A stretch of DNA of 64,000 nucleotides. It comes from Pseudomonadota bacterium (GTDB lineage Bacteria; Desulfobacterota; Desulfobacteria; Desulfobacterales; JBDRRP01). Position numbers and translations under genes: made by a program. Under the pieces are notes generated by a model. That model had not been told where the DNA came from, did no database searches, and was given only the letters and a program-made list of their open reading frames with translations. Numbering within the stretch: position 1 is the stretch's first letter; every line of letters begins with the position of its first letter. Shown in pieces: positions 39,401-47,797 of the stretch. The stretch spans positions 1-64,000 of the forward strand of contig JBDRRP010000050.1 of assembly GCA_043825735.1 (NCBI GenBank). The letters are read 5' to 3'.

Positions 39401-40588
39401 CGGCAACGGGTGCGCGAAACCGTGGCTCTGGCCTCCGGCACCAATACGATTGAGGTGTCTTGTACCAACGCAGGCGGCGCGGCTTCATTTCGCGCCATGA
39501 ACGAAGTCGTTTTGCCGGGAGCCGCCAAGGGAGATCTTTACGTGCTCGGGTTCGGGGTGTCCGATTACCGTGATCCGTCGCTGAATCTGGGCTATGCGGC
39601 CAAGGACGCAACCGATCTGGCCGAGCTCTTCGGTCGCATGAATGGGGCTTTCAATAAAGTCTTGGTTAAAACCCTGGTGGACGATGCGGTCACCCCGTCG
39701 GCGGTTACCGACACGCGCTCGTTTCTGGCGGGGGCCGGCGTGGATGACACCGTCGTGGTCTTCATTGCCGGCCACGGGGTTTACGATCCAAAGGACGCGA
39801 GCACCTATTACTACATGACCCATGACGCGGATCTGGACGATCTGTCTGCCACGGCACTGCCCTACGAGGCGCTTGAAGCGGTGCTTGATGGGGTGGCGCC
39901 ACGGAAGCGGCTGATACTGATGGATACCTGTGAATCGGGCGAAGTGGCAGACGATCTCCAGGAGACGTTCATGACTGCGGCGTCCGCGCAGGGGCTCACC
40001 CCCCGGACCACACGGGCCATCATCGTGGCCCAGCGTACACACCCGGGGCGGCAGGGGCAGGCCCCATCCGAGCTCAACCGGTATATCTACAACGACCTGC
40101 TACGCCGGTCCGGCGCCACCGTGCTGTCTTCCAGTCGCGGAGACGAATTCTCCTACGAAAGCGACCGTTTTGAAAACGGCTTTTTCACCGAGGCAATGAT
40201 GACGGCGTTGACCACCACGGACGCCGACCGCAACGGCGACCTATATCTCTCGGGCGAAGAGCTGCAGCATTACTTGTCGGAGCGGGTTGCCGGAATGAGC
40301 GGCGATCTCCAGCACCCCACGGTGGATCGGGACAACATCCACCAGGAAATTCGGCTTCCACTGCTGAGGGTCTCCGCCGCCGAGACGGCGGCGGACGGGG
40401 ACATCCCCCTGGCGCATCTTCACTGGTATCTTGGAGAGCCGGTGGCGGTGTTCACCAACGCCCGCCAAGCCGATACGGGGAGCCTCAAGACGGTGAACGC
40501 GCGTCATGTTCTTCTGGACCGCAGTGCCCAGGGCAAACCGGACCTGCAGATTCCCATCGAAAATATCCAACGCGTCGAAAAGCGATAA
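36497..40588 (+). CDS. secreted WD40-repeat protein with C-terminal caspase (peptidase C14) domain
   Basis: Signal peptide, many GH...WD-type repeats, IAGHG and MDTCESG dyad, NGFFT. Confidence 0.88.
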   Translation: MARFVRARKSFSGRCVAAALILLAGLPAAAADTPEDAAARAIRVAPRAASTPDRRASGLPGAPLDTRFTVVLQSGHTDAVHDVLFDPTGKYLVSYGQFGAIKVWALDTGTVLRDYSHARRATDCRLLAMDPGGRRIATGANDGRVNIWAVAEDRLIRSIDTGLGPLSGVAFTPDGSLLVARPGRPIERWHPDTGERIGILGKSFFNQRYATNQRFEVGPAGRFLVAAGGDVLSRHDVTTGAALRGYRLPSGKVTAVCPIPGKELFAAGGSDGVVTVWNARTGEAVHRLSGPHKLVSSLCTDPSGSLLVAGGDGDITFWRLSDGSLVRTLKQVHVRVTALAVDPAGRTLVSAGTAGEIKIWNLETGGAIRALLPLKVHHGDMVDAIRRIEMGPKARFLVTETGSRAVSVWDLASLKLVRAIDLSSNQHTVRIDPTGRFIATSRPGNHLDIWDAATGNRVRTFTDERPYYHVTGFSFDPTGRIVVTEHDSGGMRQRGTHPVVCIWSMDSGKRLGTIADAHSIHITSRGRAITGLTPAGTVRVWDIPSGRLRHDFPSGASDPGAAQPVAGAGPRRPVPQGVWKTILGPRGDILLALRLTGKMDILNITDGHTVATVELAPNRITSNDMARVRFDASGRFVLYATVNRGTGKIWHARTGRRVLAPQGHRSTINTMVVSPDETRALTVGYSDIILWDLDTGTPIRTFKDRLTATACAVDGSWQRMAVQTGGRIEVWNLSTGAQENTWEATGRLLDLERAGPPGTPVQGAVYTEAAAGTAAGRLWDPFTGNPVDTAGLSFNEARFMVRGDYTLSVTHGIQVCLGNTATGHTVTLTNAGPEWVVTAPDGYFDASKHGGALVSMVRGMDAYGVDQFAVRNNRPDILLTRMGLGGARWAAHFEQQYRRRLKKLGFGQADLSPVLQVPRAAIIEVHKEGRYATLTCEFSDAHYPLKDYRVYVNGVALFGREAKPLSGKRQRVRETVALASGTNTIEVSCTNAGGAASFRAMNEVVLPGAAKGDLYVLGFGVSDYRDPSLNLGYAAKDATDLAELFGRMNGAFNKVLVKTLVDDAVTPSAVTDTRSFLAGAGVDDTVVVFIAGHGVYDPKDASTYYYMTHDADLDDLSATALPYEALEAVLDGVAPRKRLILMDTCESGEVADDLQETFMTAASAQGLTPRTTRAIIVAQRTHPGRQGQAPSELNRYIYNDLLRRSGATVLSSSRGDEFSYESDRFENGFFTEAMMTALTTTDADRNGDLYLSGEELQHYLSERVAGMSGDLQHPTVDRDNIHQEIRLPLLRVSAAETAADGDIPLAHLHWYLGEPVAVFTNARQADTGSLKTVNARHVLLDRSAQGKPDLQIPIENIQRVEKR

Positions 40589-40642
40589 TGAGGCCGGGGC
40601 GTTGTGGTCTGCGAATGCCGATGGATGGTGGTGCCGTGCGCG

Positions 40643-41404
40643 TCAATCGCCTCGGGATGGTGAAATCAAGTGTCGCAGCCAGCCGGCGACGGTGTTGCCC
40701 TTGAGCTGTGCCCGGTCCAGGGCGTCGAATCCGGAGGCCAGGGCTGCCGGGTCGCTGTACCAGGTCCTGCGGGTGACGAAGTCGCGCTCGCCGTCCAGGT
40801 TCTTTACCACCCGCGCCGGGTTGCCTGCGGCAACGCTGTCTGCGGGAACATCGGAGACCACCACGGCACCCGCGCCGATGATGCTGTTGTTTCCGATGGT
40901 GACCCCCTTGCAGACGATGGCGCTGTCGCCGATCCAGACATTGTCGCCGATGGTCACGGGCTGGCATGCGCCGATATCCATTCGGTCGTAAATGCCGTGC
41001 CAGTCGGCGTCGGTGATGTAGGCGCCGCTGGCCATCATGCAACTGTGGCCGATAGTGACAGCGAGTGCGGAACCGATACGGACACCGGGGCAAATGAGCC
41101 CGTAGCCGCCGATGGTGATTCTGCCCCTGCCGGCCGCTTTTGACCAAACCGCCAGGCGCACCTTGCGATCGGGCGCTGCGATGACGGTAACATAGTCCCC
41201 CAGTTCAATCGGGGCACCAAAAATCTCGACATGCCACGGCTTCATAAAAACCGGTCCTTTGCCGAGGCGCTCGAGCTGGGGGGCGATGAAACGCCGGACG
41301 TAGACGCGGGCCAGGTGGTGATAGGCTTTTTTGATGACGTAGGGGCGGTGGTCTTTTCTCACAACGTCAGCGGGGTGAATGGGTTTTTCGGTTCCAGGTG
41401 TCAT
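40643..41404 (-). CDS. hexapeptide-repeat acyltransferase
   Basis: DADWH, IGDNVWIG, IGAGAVV, GNPA. Confidence 0.88.
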   Translation of the reverse strand: MTPGTEKPIHPADVVRKDHRPYVIKKAYHHLARVYVRRFIAPQLERLGKGPVFMKPWHVEIFGAPIELGDYVTVIAAPDRKVRLAVWSKAAGRGRITIGGYGLICPGVRIGSALAVTIGHSCMMASGAYITDADWHGIYDRMDIGACQPVTIGDNVWIGDSAIVCKGVTIGNNSIIGAGAVVVSDVPADSVAAGNPARVVKNLDGERDFVTRRTWYSDPAALASGFDALDRAQLKGNTVAGWLRHLISPSRGD

Positions 41405-42416
41405 GGCGGAACATTCCGCCGGCCGGCGTCAGTCCATAGAGCGCGTCGGCGGCCATCAGGACGACGGCGTTCGTCCAGGTGACGCGCTCTACGGGCCAGA
41501 TCGTGCCGTCGGGGACGGTGAAGCCGCACCAGTAGGTTCCGTCGTCGTAGCGATGCGCGATCATCCAGTCAAATACCCGCTCGGCCCGGCGATGGTCGCC
41601 CATGGCGGAAAGTGTCAGGCACAGCTCCGCGGTTTCCGCGATGGTGATCCATGGCTGGTCGCTGACGCAGCGCACGCCCTTGCCGTCGATGACGAACTTG
41701 CTCCAGTGGGCATCGATCCGGCGACTGGCAGCCTCACCGGTTACGGCACCGGCAAGGACGGGGTAAAACCAGTCCATGGAAAAACGGGCCTTGCTCCGGT
41801 CAAAGCGGTGCTGGCCATAGCGAATGGCCGCGGCCAGAATTTCTGCGGCCGAAATCCATTGGGGCTGCGGGCGGCCCAGCACCTGTGCGATTGCGGCCGC
41901 GCATTTGAGGCTCATATAAATCGAGCTGGAGCCGGTGAGCAGCGCCGTTCGGTCGACTTCGCCCTGCGGGCTGATGGCCCAGTAGATCTCTCCGGTGGGC
42001 GCCTGCAGGGAAAGCGTGAAAGCCATGGCCGACATCACCGTGGGCCACATGTCTTCCAGCAGCTCCCGGTCACCGGTGCACAGGTGGTAGTGGTAGAGAC
42101 CCACGGCAATGTAGGAGGACATGTTGGCGTCCAGGGTGCGGTCTTCGGGCGTCCCGTTGCGATAAGCGGCATACCAGGCGCCCTGGGCCAACTGGCTTTT
42201 TTTCATCCATTGATACGCCTTGGCAGCGCCGTCGATGTCGCCGGCAATGCACAGCCCCATGGCTGATTCGACGTGGTCCCAGGGGTCGGTTTTATCGCCG
42301 GTGCTCCAGGGAATCTCACCATTCGGCTGCTGGCAGCGGCGGATCATTTCGGCGATGGCATCCAGGGAGATAATCCCGGGCATGCGCTCCAGGCGCAGGG
42401 CGGCAGCAGTTTTCAT
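41367..42416 (-). CDS. prenyltransferase-like alpha/alpha-barrel protein
   Basis: QQPNGEIPW, DPWDHVESAM, FSMDWFYP. Confidence 0.75.
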   Translation of the reverse strand: MKTAAALRLERMPGIISLDAIAEMIRRCQQPNGEIPWSTGDKTDPWDHVESAMGLCIAGDIDGAAKAYQWMKKSQLAQGAWYAAYRNGTPEDRTLDANMSSYIAVGLYHYHLCTGDRELLEDMWPTVMSAMAFTLSLQAPTGEIYWAISPQGEVDRTALLTGSSSIYMSLKCAAAIAQVLGRPQPQWISAAEILAAAIRYGQHRFDRSKARFSMDWFYPVLAGAVTGEAASRRIDAHWSKFVIDGKGVRCVSDQPWITIAETAELCLTLSAMGDHRRAERVFDWMIAHRYDDGTYWCGFTVPDGTIWPVERVTWTNAVVLMAADALYGLTPAGGMFRHDTWNRKTHSPR

Positions 42417-42701
42417 GGATCGGTAAGGCCCCCGTTCAGTGGCGAGATAGAAAATGAATGAAGATTCAGTTTTTGTGGACTCGTATTAACCTGAAAATGG
42501 ACAACTTGCAAGGCGAAACCGCGCCCACAGGGCTCGAATGGCGTTCCCGCAGGATGATATCGACTCAACACCAGGGCTGGTGGCGAGTCCGCGGCGATGA
42601 GGACGCGGTTGCAGTCCCGCCGCAGGCGCTCCAGGCACAAGGCGCCGATGATCATTGAGGTACTTTTTTCTTGACAAAGGAACAAGGCTATTTCAATATT
42701 G

Positions 42702-42720
42702 GCTGGACGTCCAACATAAT
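42702..42720. promoter_or_regulatory. putative TetR operator 1
   Basis: gctggacgtccaacataat downstream of TTGACA (42671); repeated at 43519-43537. Confidence 0.6.
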
Positions 42721-42824
42721 TAGCGGCGTCTGCCTGTCCGCAAATGTCTTTTGGCGGGAATGCAAAAAGTAGTGTCCGCCGCCGGAGATCAATAGATGCC
42801 ATTTTTGGCCTAAGGAAAATCGCC

Positions 42825-43433
42825 ATGAGCCCTGCTGCCGAATCAGATGTCAAGACCCAGCGGATCCTCAATGCTGTTCGTGCCGTTCTGGCCAGAAACG
42901 GCTACGCCCGCACGACCATCAACCTGGTGGCCGCCGAGGCCGGGGTCAGCCGGGGGCTGCTGCATTACTACTTCGCGAGCAAGGAGGATATGCTGGTTCG
43001 TGTCATCCAGGAAAATATGGATGTCAGCGTGCGGATGATCGGGGATATCTTCCAGCGGGCAGATACCGTCGACCACATCGCCGATGGCCTCACCGCTGCC
43101 TTGCGTAGTGTTCTCACCGCCGATCCGGACTTTTTCAACCTTTTTTTCGAGGCGTGGTCAGTGGCGCGGCTCAGTCCGGCCGTGGACGCGCGGCTTCGGG
43201 AGCACTACGACGATTTTCGGTCAGCGGTGCGCGCGGGACTGGAAACCGCTCTTCAGCGGGGCATCATCAGTCCGGCCCTGTCGCTTGTCGGCATGGCGGC
43301 CCTTCTCACGGGCATCATTGACGGCTACGGCCTCCAAATGGTCACCGAACCGCGGCTCATCGATGAGGCCGAAATCTGGGATGCGGCCGGCCAGGCCATC
43401 CGCATGCTGCTGGGAGACGGCGCGACGCACTGA
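42825..43433 (+). CDS. TetR/AcrR family regulator
   Basis: VAAEAGVSRGLLHYYFASKEDM HTH. Confidence 0.92.
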   Translation: MSPAAESDVKTQRILNAVRAVLARNGYARTTINLVAAEAGVSRGLLHYYFASKEDMLVRVIQENMDVSVRMIGDIFQRADTVDHIADGLTAALRSVLTADPDFFNLFFEAWSVARLSPAVDARLREHYDDFRSAVRAGLETALQRGIISPALSLVGMAALLTGIIDGYGLQMVTEPRLIDEAEIWDAAGQAIRMLLGDGATH

Positions 43434-43518
43434 CCGGATGCGGTGGCCGGCAGCCCGAGGCGTTGCTCGGGAAACCACCGATGGGTGGCATCAATAAACC
43501 ATGCGGGGATGGAAGTTT

Positions 43519-43537
43519 GCTGGCCGTCCAACATAAT
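43519..43537. promoter_or_regulatory. putative TetR operator 2
   Basis: gctggccgtccaacataat, 18/19 identical to operator 1, just before the AGGAGG RBS. Confidence 0.6.
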
Positions 43538-43550
43538 CAGGAGGTGCTCA

Positions 43551-44414
43551 ATGATCAGTCGTTTCTGTCAGCTCCGGCAGGGGATGCGCATCCACTTTTT
43601 CGAAAGTGGCCCCAGGGATGCGCCACCACTGGTCCTGCTTCACGGGTACCCGGGCAATGCATTGCTCTGGCGGGATGTCGTGCCGCTGCTGGCCGGAGAT
43701 TTCAGAGTCCTCGCACCGGATTTGCCCGGCCACGGGCGATCGGACAAGCCTCTGGAGGCCGATTACACAAAAGCATTTTTGGTGGATTTTCTGGACGCGT
43801 TTCTGGATGCGCTGAGGCTGCCGAGGGTCGATCTGGTGGGCCATGATCTGGGCGGGGTGACCGCATTGGGGTTTTCCGCGGCCCACGCGGATCGGGTGCT
43901 GCGCCTGGCGGTGCTGAATACGGCGCCTTACGCAGACTGGTCTCCAACGCTGCACCGGGTGGTGCGCGATATCCGCCACCCGCTGAAAGGAAGGCTTTTG
44001 TTGTGGCGCCCTCTCTTTCACCGCGCTTTGAGGCGTCTGCTGTTTGGGCGCTTGGACCGGGTTTCGGAAAAGATCATTGAGGACTATCGCAGACCCTGGG
44101 TGGCTGACGCTGGCGCGCGCCGTGCCTTCCGCCATATTGTGGCGCCCGCACCGAAAGATGTCGGGCTGACACCGGCGGCGCTGGCGCAGATCATCGCCCC
44201 CACACTCATTTTATGGGGAGATCGGGATCCGATGATGGGAACCGACGTGGCCCGTCGGCTCAGCGGTGATGTACGGGGCGCCACACTGCGGCTGGTGCAC
44301 GGCTGCGGACATTTTCTCCAGGAAGACGATCCGGTGATGGTCGGCCGTGAACTCAGCCGCTTTTTTTCAGGAAAGGAGAGACGATCATGCACGGCACCTT
44401 CCATGGCGTCCTGA
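43551..44414 (+). CDS. alpha/beta hydrolase, epoxide hydrolase/dehalogenase-like
   Basis: LHGYP, PDLPGHG, GHDLGG (Asp nucleophile), GHFLQED. Confidence 0.88.
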   Translation: MISRFCQLRQGMRIHFFESGPRDAPPLVLLHGYPGNALLWRDVVPLLAGDFRVLAPDLPGHGRSDKPLEADYTKAFLVDFLDAFLDALRLPRVDLVGHDLGGVTALGFSAAHADRVLRLAVLNTAPYADWSPTLHRVVRDIRHPLKGRLLLWRPLFHRALRRLLFGRLDRVSEKIIEDYRRPWVADAGARRAFRHIVAPAPKDVGLTPAALAQIIAPTLILWGDRDPMMGTDVARRLSGDVRGATLRLVHGCGHFLQEDDPVMVGRELSRFFSGKERRSCTAPSMAS

Positions 44415-44839
44415 GTCTGGTTCTGATCGGCGCGGCAGTGGCGGCGGCATTCGTGGGCATCGTGACTGTAAGTCCGGCCGCGGGTGCCGTCTATATCCTG
44501 CTGGTGGTTGTGGCAGTCCCGATCATTCTCTTTGCTTACTGCGCAAAGTGTCCGGTGCGCCTGACCGGCTGTCGTCACGGTATTCCGGGGCCGATGACGC
44601 GGTACCTGCCGCAGCGGCGGGACGAACCATACGTGATACTGGACTACATCGGTCTGGCACTACCGCTGGCATTGCTCGTGGGAGCGCCGCAGCCTTTTCT
44701 TTGGCAATCGCCGCCGCTTTTAACCGTGTTCTGGGGGCTCATGATTGCCGGCGGGCTGGAAATCCGCAGATATGTCTGCACTGGCTGCCACAACCGGTTC
44801 TGCCCGCTGCGTATACAGAACAAGCAAAACCACTCATGA
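44387..44839 (+). CDS. Cys-rich membrane protein, hypothetical
   Basis: About 4 TM segments; CAKC, CRH, CTGC...CP. Confidence 0.72.
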   Translation: MHGTFHGVLSLVLIGAAVAAAFVGIVTVSPAAGAVYILLVVVAVPIILFAYCAKCPVRLTGCRHGIPGPMTRYLPQRRDEPYVILDYIGLALPLALLVGAPQPFLWQSPPLLTVFWGLMIAGGLEIRRYVCTGCHNRFCPLRIQNKQNHS

Positions 44840-44887
44840 AACGGCGAATTCTTTTTTGTGGAATGAAAGGCAAGACACCTAAATTTT

Positions 44888-45013
44888 GATGAATCCGTAA
44901 TCAGTGGTTTTGAACCGCAGAGATCGCAGAGGAACGCAGAGAATATGTTCCGATGTGGCATTTGCTATAATGGGTTATCTCTGTGGTGATTTAAGACTTT
45001 TTACGGGACTGTC
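44888..45013. repeat. MITE-like family B element
   Basis: tgatgaatccgtaatcagt ... gactttttacgggactgtc ends enclosing cgcagagatcgcagaggaacgcagag. Confidence 0.6.
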
Positions 45014-45135
45014 GATCTTTATGCGCGATCTGAGATTTTGGTCAGAGTAAGGAGTGCTGACGGGGCGGCGGTAAGTCGGGGCGGGCGGCGCCCCGGCGCG
45101 CAATGAGGGCCACCGGGGCGTTTGGCACGGTGGGG

Positions 45136-45294
45136 TCAGTCTACCTTTTCGAAGAACTCCTTCTCTGCGCCGCACTTGGGGCAGACCCAATCATCGGGTA
45201 GATCTTCGAAAGCGGTTCCCGGCGGGATGTTGTTTTCGGTATCTCCTTCGGCCGGGTCGTAAATGTAACCGCAGGGGCATTCCCACTTATCCAT
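45136..45294 (-). CDS. rubredoxin (52 aa, not in ORF track)
   Basis: [18 protein letters not shown]...[34 protein letters not shown]. Confidence 0.93.
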   Translation of the reverse strand: MDKWECPCGYIYDPAEGDTENNIPPGTAFEDLPDDWVCPKCGAEKEFFEKVD

Positions 45295-45349
45295 GAGTCC
45301 TCCTTAGTTTATGGGGTGTGATGAGGGCAGTTGGCGGCAAGCGCATCGC

Positions 45350-45568
45350 TTACCGCTTCAATACGTCTTTGAGCGGCGCGTGCCAGGTGCACCGGTCACA
45401 GTAGGCTTCAGTCTCCGCCGGTAGGTCCGGCGCGTCGCTGCCGGCACCAGGGTCGGCAGGTACGGCGGCACCGTCGGCGACACGGAATGCCGTGGTCTCG
45501 TAGTCATCTTCGGGGTTCTTACAATAAAACCGCTCGCATCCGCAAACGGGGCATTTTGTCGATGACAT
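45350..45568 (-). CDS. small CxxC metal-binding protein, hypothetical
   Basis: CPVCGC...CDRC; GGAGG RBS; upstream of rubredoxin. Confidence 0.7.
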   Translation of the reverse strand: MSSTKCPVCGCERFYCKNPEDDYETTAFRVADGAAVPADPGAGSDAPDLPAETEAYCDRCTWHAPLKDVLKR

Positions 45569-45735
45569 AGGGCGCCTCCCTGGCAGAGGTCATGAAGTTA
45601 GCAGCGCCGGGGCCGGCGGTCTCCCGCATTGACCCGCGCCGCGATAATGTATAACCATGGCGACGGTAGCCGGCAAAGTCAAGTCTGCGTTCTGCCGCCA
45701 CCGATGTGAAAGAAACGACGTCAAAGGAGTGTCTT

Positions 45736-47589
45736 ATGACGGATAACGAGGCCTGGCGAGCGAAGACCGTCTCTTGCGAAACGGTGATGCAGCGCCTTTC
45801 TCCGGGGATGGGTATATTTCTCAGCACAGGGGTGGCCGAGCCGCGCACGCTGGTGCGTCATCTCATGGCCTCTTCCGCGGGCAATCTCCAGGATCTCGAG
45901 CTGGTTCAGCTGGTCAGTCTGGGAGACGCCGTTCCCCGGGAGGGCGTTCCCGGCCAGAAATACCGTCTGAAGACCTTTTTTTCCGGGTGGGTGGCCAGCG
46001 ACGCCATTACGACCGGCCGCATCGACCTGGTACCCAGTCGGTTCTCACGAATTCCAGGTCTCATCAAGTCCGGCAGGGTCAGGCTGGACGTGGCTTTCAT
46101 TCAGGTGACGCCACCCGACGCCTCCGGCTATTGCAGCCTGGGGGCCGCCGTGGACGTGGCGCGGATGGCCATGGAACAGGCCGATTTCACCGTGGCGGAA
46201 ATCAACCCCGGCGTGCCGCGAACCTTCGGAGACACCTTCGTCTCCCTGGACGATTTTGACATGGCCGTGGCCTCCGACATGCCGCTGTTTACCTTCGAGC
46301 GGTGGCCGGTGGATGCCGTTTTCGACCAGGTGGGCGCAAACATCGCCTCGGTGATCGAAGACGGCAGCTGCATCGGGTTTTCCATCGGCCCCCTGTTTGA
46401 GGCCGTGGCCCGCCACCTGGTGAACAAGCGGCACCTGGGCATCCATTCTCCGTTTTTTACCGACGCCCTCATGGATCTGGTCAACAGCGGCGCGGTGACC
46501 AATCGCCGTAAAGAGCTCTACCGGGGTAAAAGCCTCGTCTCTTATGCGTTTGGCACCCAGGCGCTGATGCAATGGCTGGACTGCAATCCGCTGGTTGAAT
46601 TTCAGGCCATCGACACGGTGTTCAGTCCGATTAAGATCGGCAGCAATCCACGGTTTGTGACGGTGATGCCAGCCAGAAAGGTGGACCTCTCCGGGCGCCT
46701 CGCCCTTCACGTGGGAAAGGGTAACGTGGCGGCCGGCCCGGGCGAGGCGGTGGATTTCGTCAACGGCGCGGAAATGAGCCGGGGGGGGATGACCATCTTC
46801 GGCTTGCCCAGCCGAAATCGCGAAGGCACGCCCAACGTGCAATGCAGCGTGGAGGAGATGCCAAACCTTTTCAACCTTCGCGAATCCGTGGATATGGTGG
46901 TCACCGAATACGGGGTGGCCAATCTCACCGGGCGTACGACCCGGGAGCGGGCCCAGGCACTCATCGACATTGCCCACCCCGACGACCGGCTCGCGCTGCT
47001 GGAGCAGGGCAAGGCGGCAAAAATTCTGTATGCCGACCAGATGTTTGTCTCCGCTGCCGTCCATCTCTACCCGGCGGAGATCGCCACGCGGCAGACCTTC
47101 AAAAACGGGGTAGTGATCCGGTTCCGGGCCATCCGCCCCTCTGACGAAGAAGATATGCGGCGGCTGTTCTACCGGTTTTCCGATGAGGCGGTGTACTATC
47201 GCTATTTTTCTTCCATCAAGGCCATGCCCCACGCCAAGATGCAGTCCTATGTCAATGTGGACTACGCCAAGGTCATGTCGGTTGTGGGCGTCGCCGGCGA
47301 GCGGGGTGCTGCGCAGATCATCGCCGAGGCCCGCTATGTCGTGCACAAAGACCGCCCATACGGAGACGTGGCCTTTGTGGTGGACGGCGCCTATGAAGGT
47401 CTTGGCATTGCCACCTATCTCTACCGGATGCTCATTCGCTTGGCGAGGGAGCGCGGGCTGCAGGGGTTTACCGCAGACGTGCTGGCTTCCAACAAGGCCA
47501 TGATGAGAGTGTTCGAGAAGGGCGATCTAACGGTGCGCGCCCGCCTCGATGGCGGTGTCTATGAACTGACCATCCCATTTAACGCTTGA
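45736..47589 (+). CDS. acetyl-CoA hydrolase/transferase fused to a GNAT acetyltransferase
   Basis: SLGAAVD, MVVTEYGVA, IAHPDDR; C-terminal YEGLGIAT...NKAM. Confidence 0.9.
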   Translation: MTDNEAWRAKTVSCETVMQRLSPGMGIFLSTGVAEPRTLVRHLMASSAGNLQDLELVQLVSLGDAVPREGVPGQKYRLKTFFSGWVASDAITTGRIDLVPSRFSRIPGLIKSGRVRLDVAFIQVTPPDASGYCSLGAAVDVARMAMEQADFTVAEINPGVPRTFGDTFVSLDDFDMAVASDMPLFTFERWPVDAVFDQVGANIASVIEDGSCIGFSIGPLFEAVARHLVNKRHLGIHSPFFTDALMDLVNSGAVTNRRKELYRGKSLVSYAFGTQALMQWLDCNPLVEFQAIDTVFSPIKIGSNPRFVTVMPARKVDLSGRLALHVGKGNVAAGPGEAVDFVNGAEMSRGGMTIFGLPSRNREGTPNVQCSVEEMPNLFNLRESVDMVVTEYGVANLTGRTTRERAQALIDIAHPDDRLALLEQGKAAKILYADQMFVSAAVHLYPAEIATRQTFKNGVVIRFRAIRPSDEEDMRRLFYRFSDEAVYYRYFSSIKAMPHAKMQSYVNVDYAKVMSVVGVAGERGAAQIIAEARYVVHKDRPYGDVAFVVDGAYEGLGIATYLYRMLIRLARERGLQGFTADVLASNKAMMRVFEKGDLTVRARLDGGVYELTIPFNA

Positions 47590-47637
47590 TTGACCCCAGG
47601 CCTGAAACCAATTAATACTGACTATAGCCCATCCATA

Positions 47638-47757
47638 AATCCCCCTCCCCTGGCCGGTGGGGGGGACAGGGGAGGGGGCGAACCGGTATAAGATAATTTT
47701 ATATTATCGGTGGGTTGTCACCCTCACCCCAGCCCTCTCCCATCAAGGGAGAGGGCG
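47638..47757. repeat. REP-like palindromic doublet
   Basis: cccctcccctggccggtgggggggacaggggagggg ... caccctcaccccagccctctcccatcaagggagaggg. Confidence 0.7.
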
Positions 47758-47797
47758 CAAGAGGCTTTCTATCCCCGCCGGGATGAAGGATAACGGT

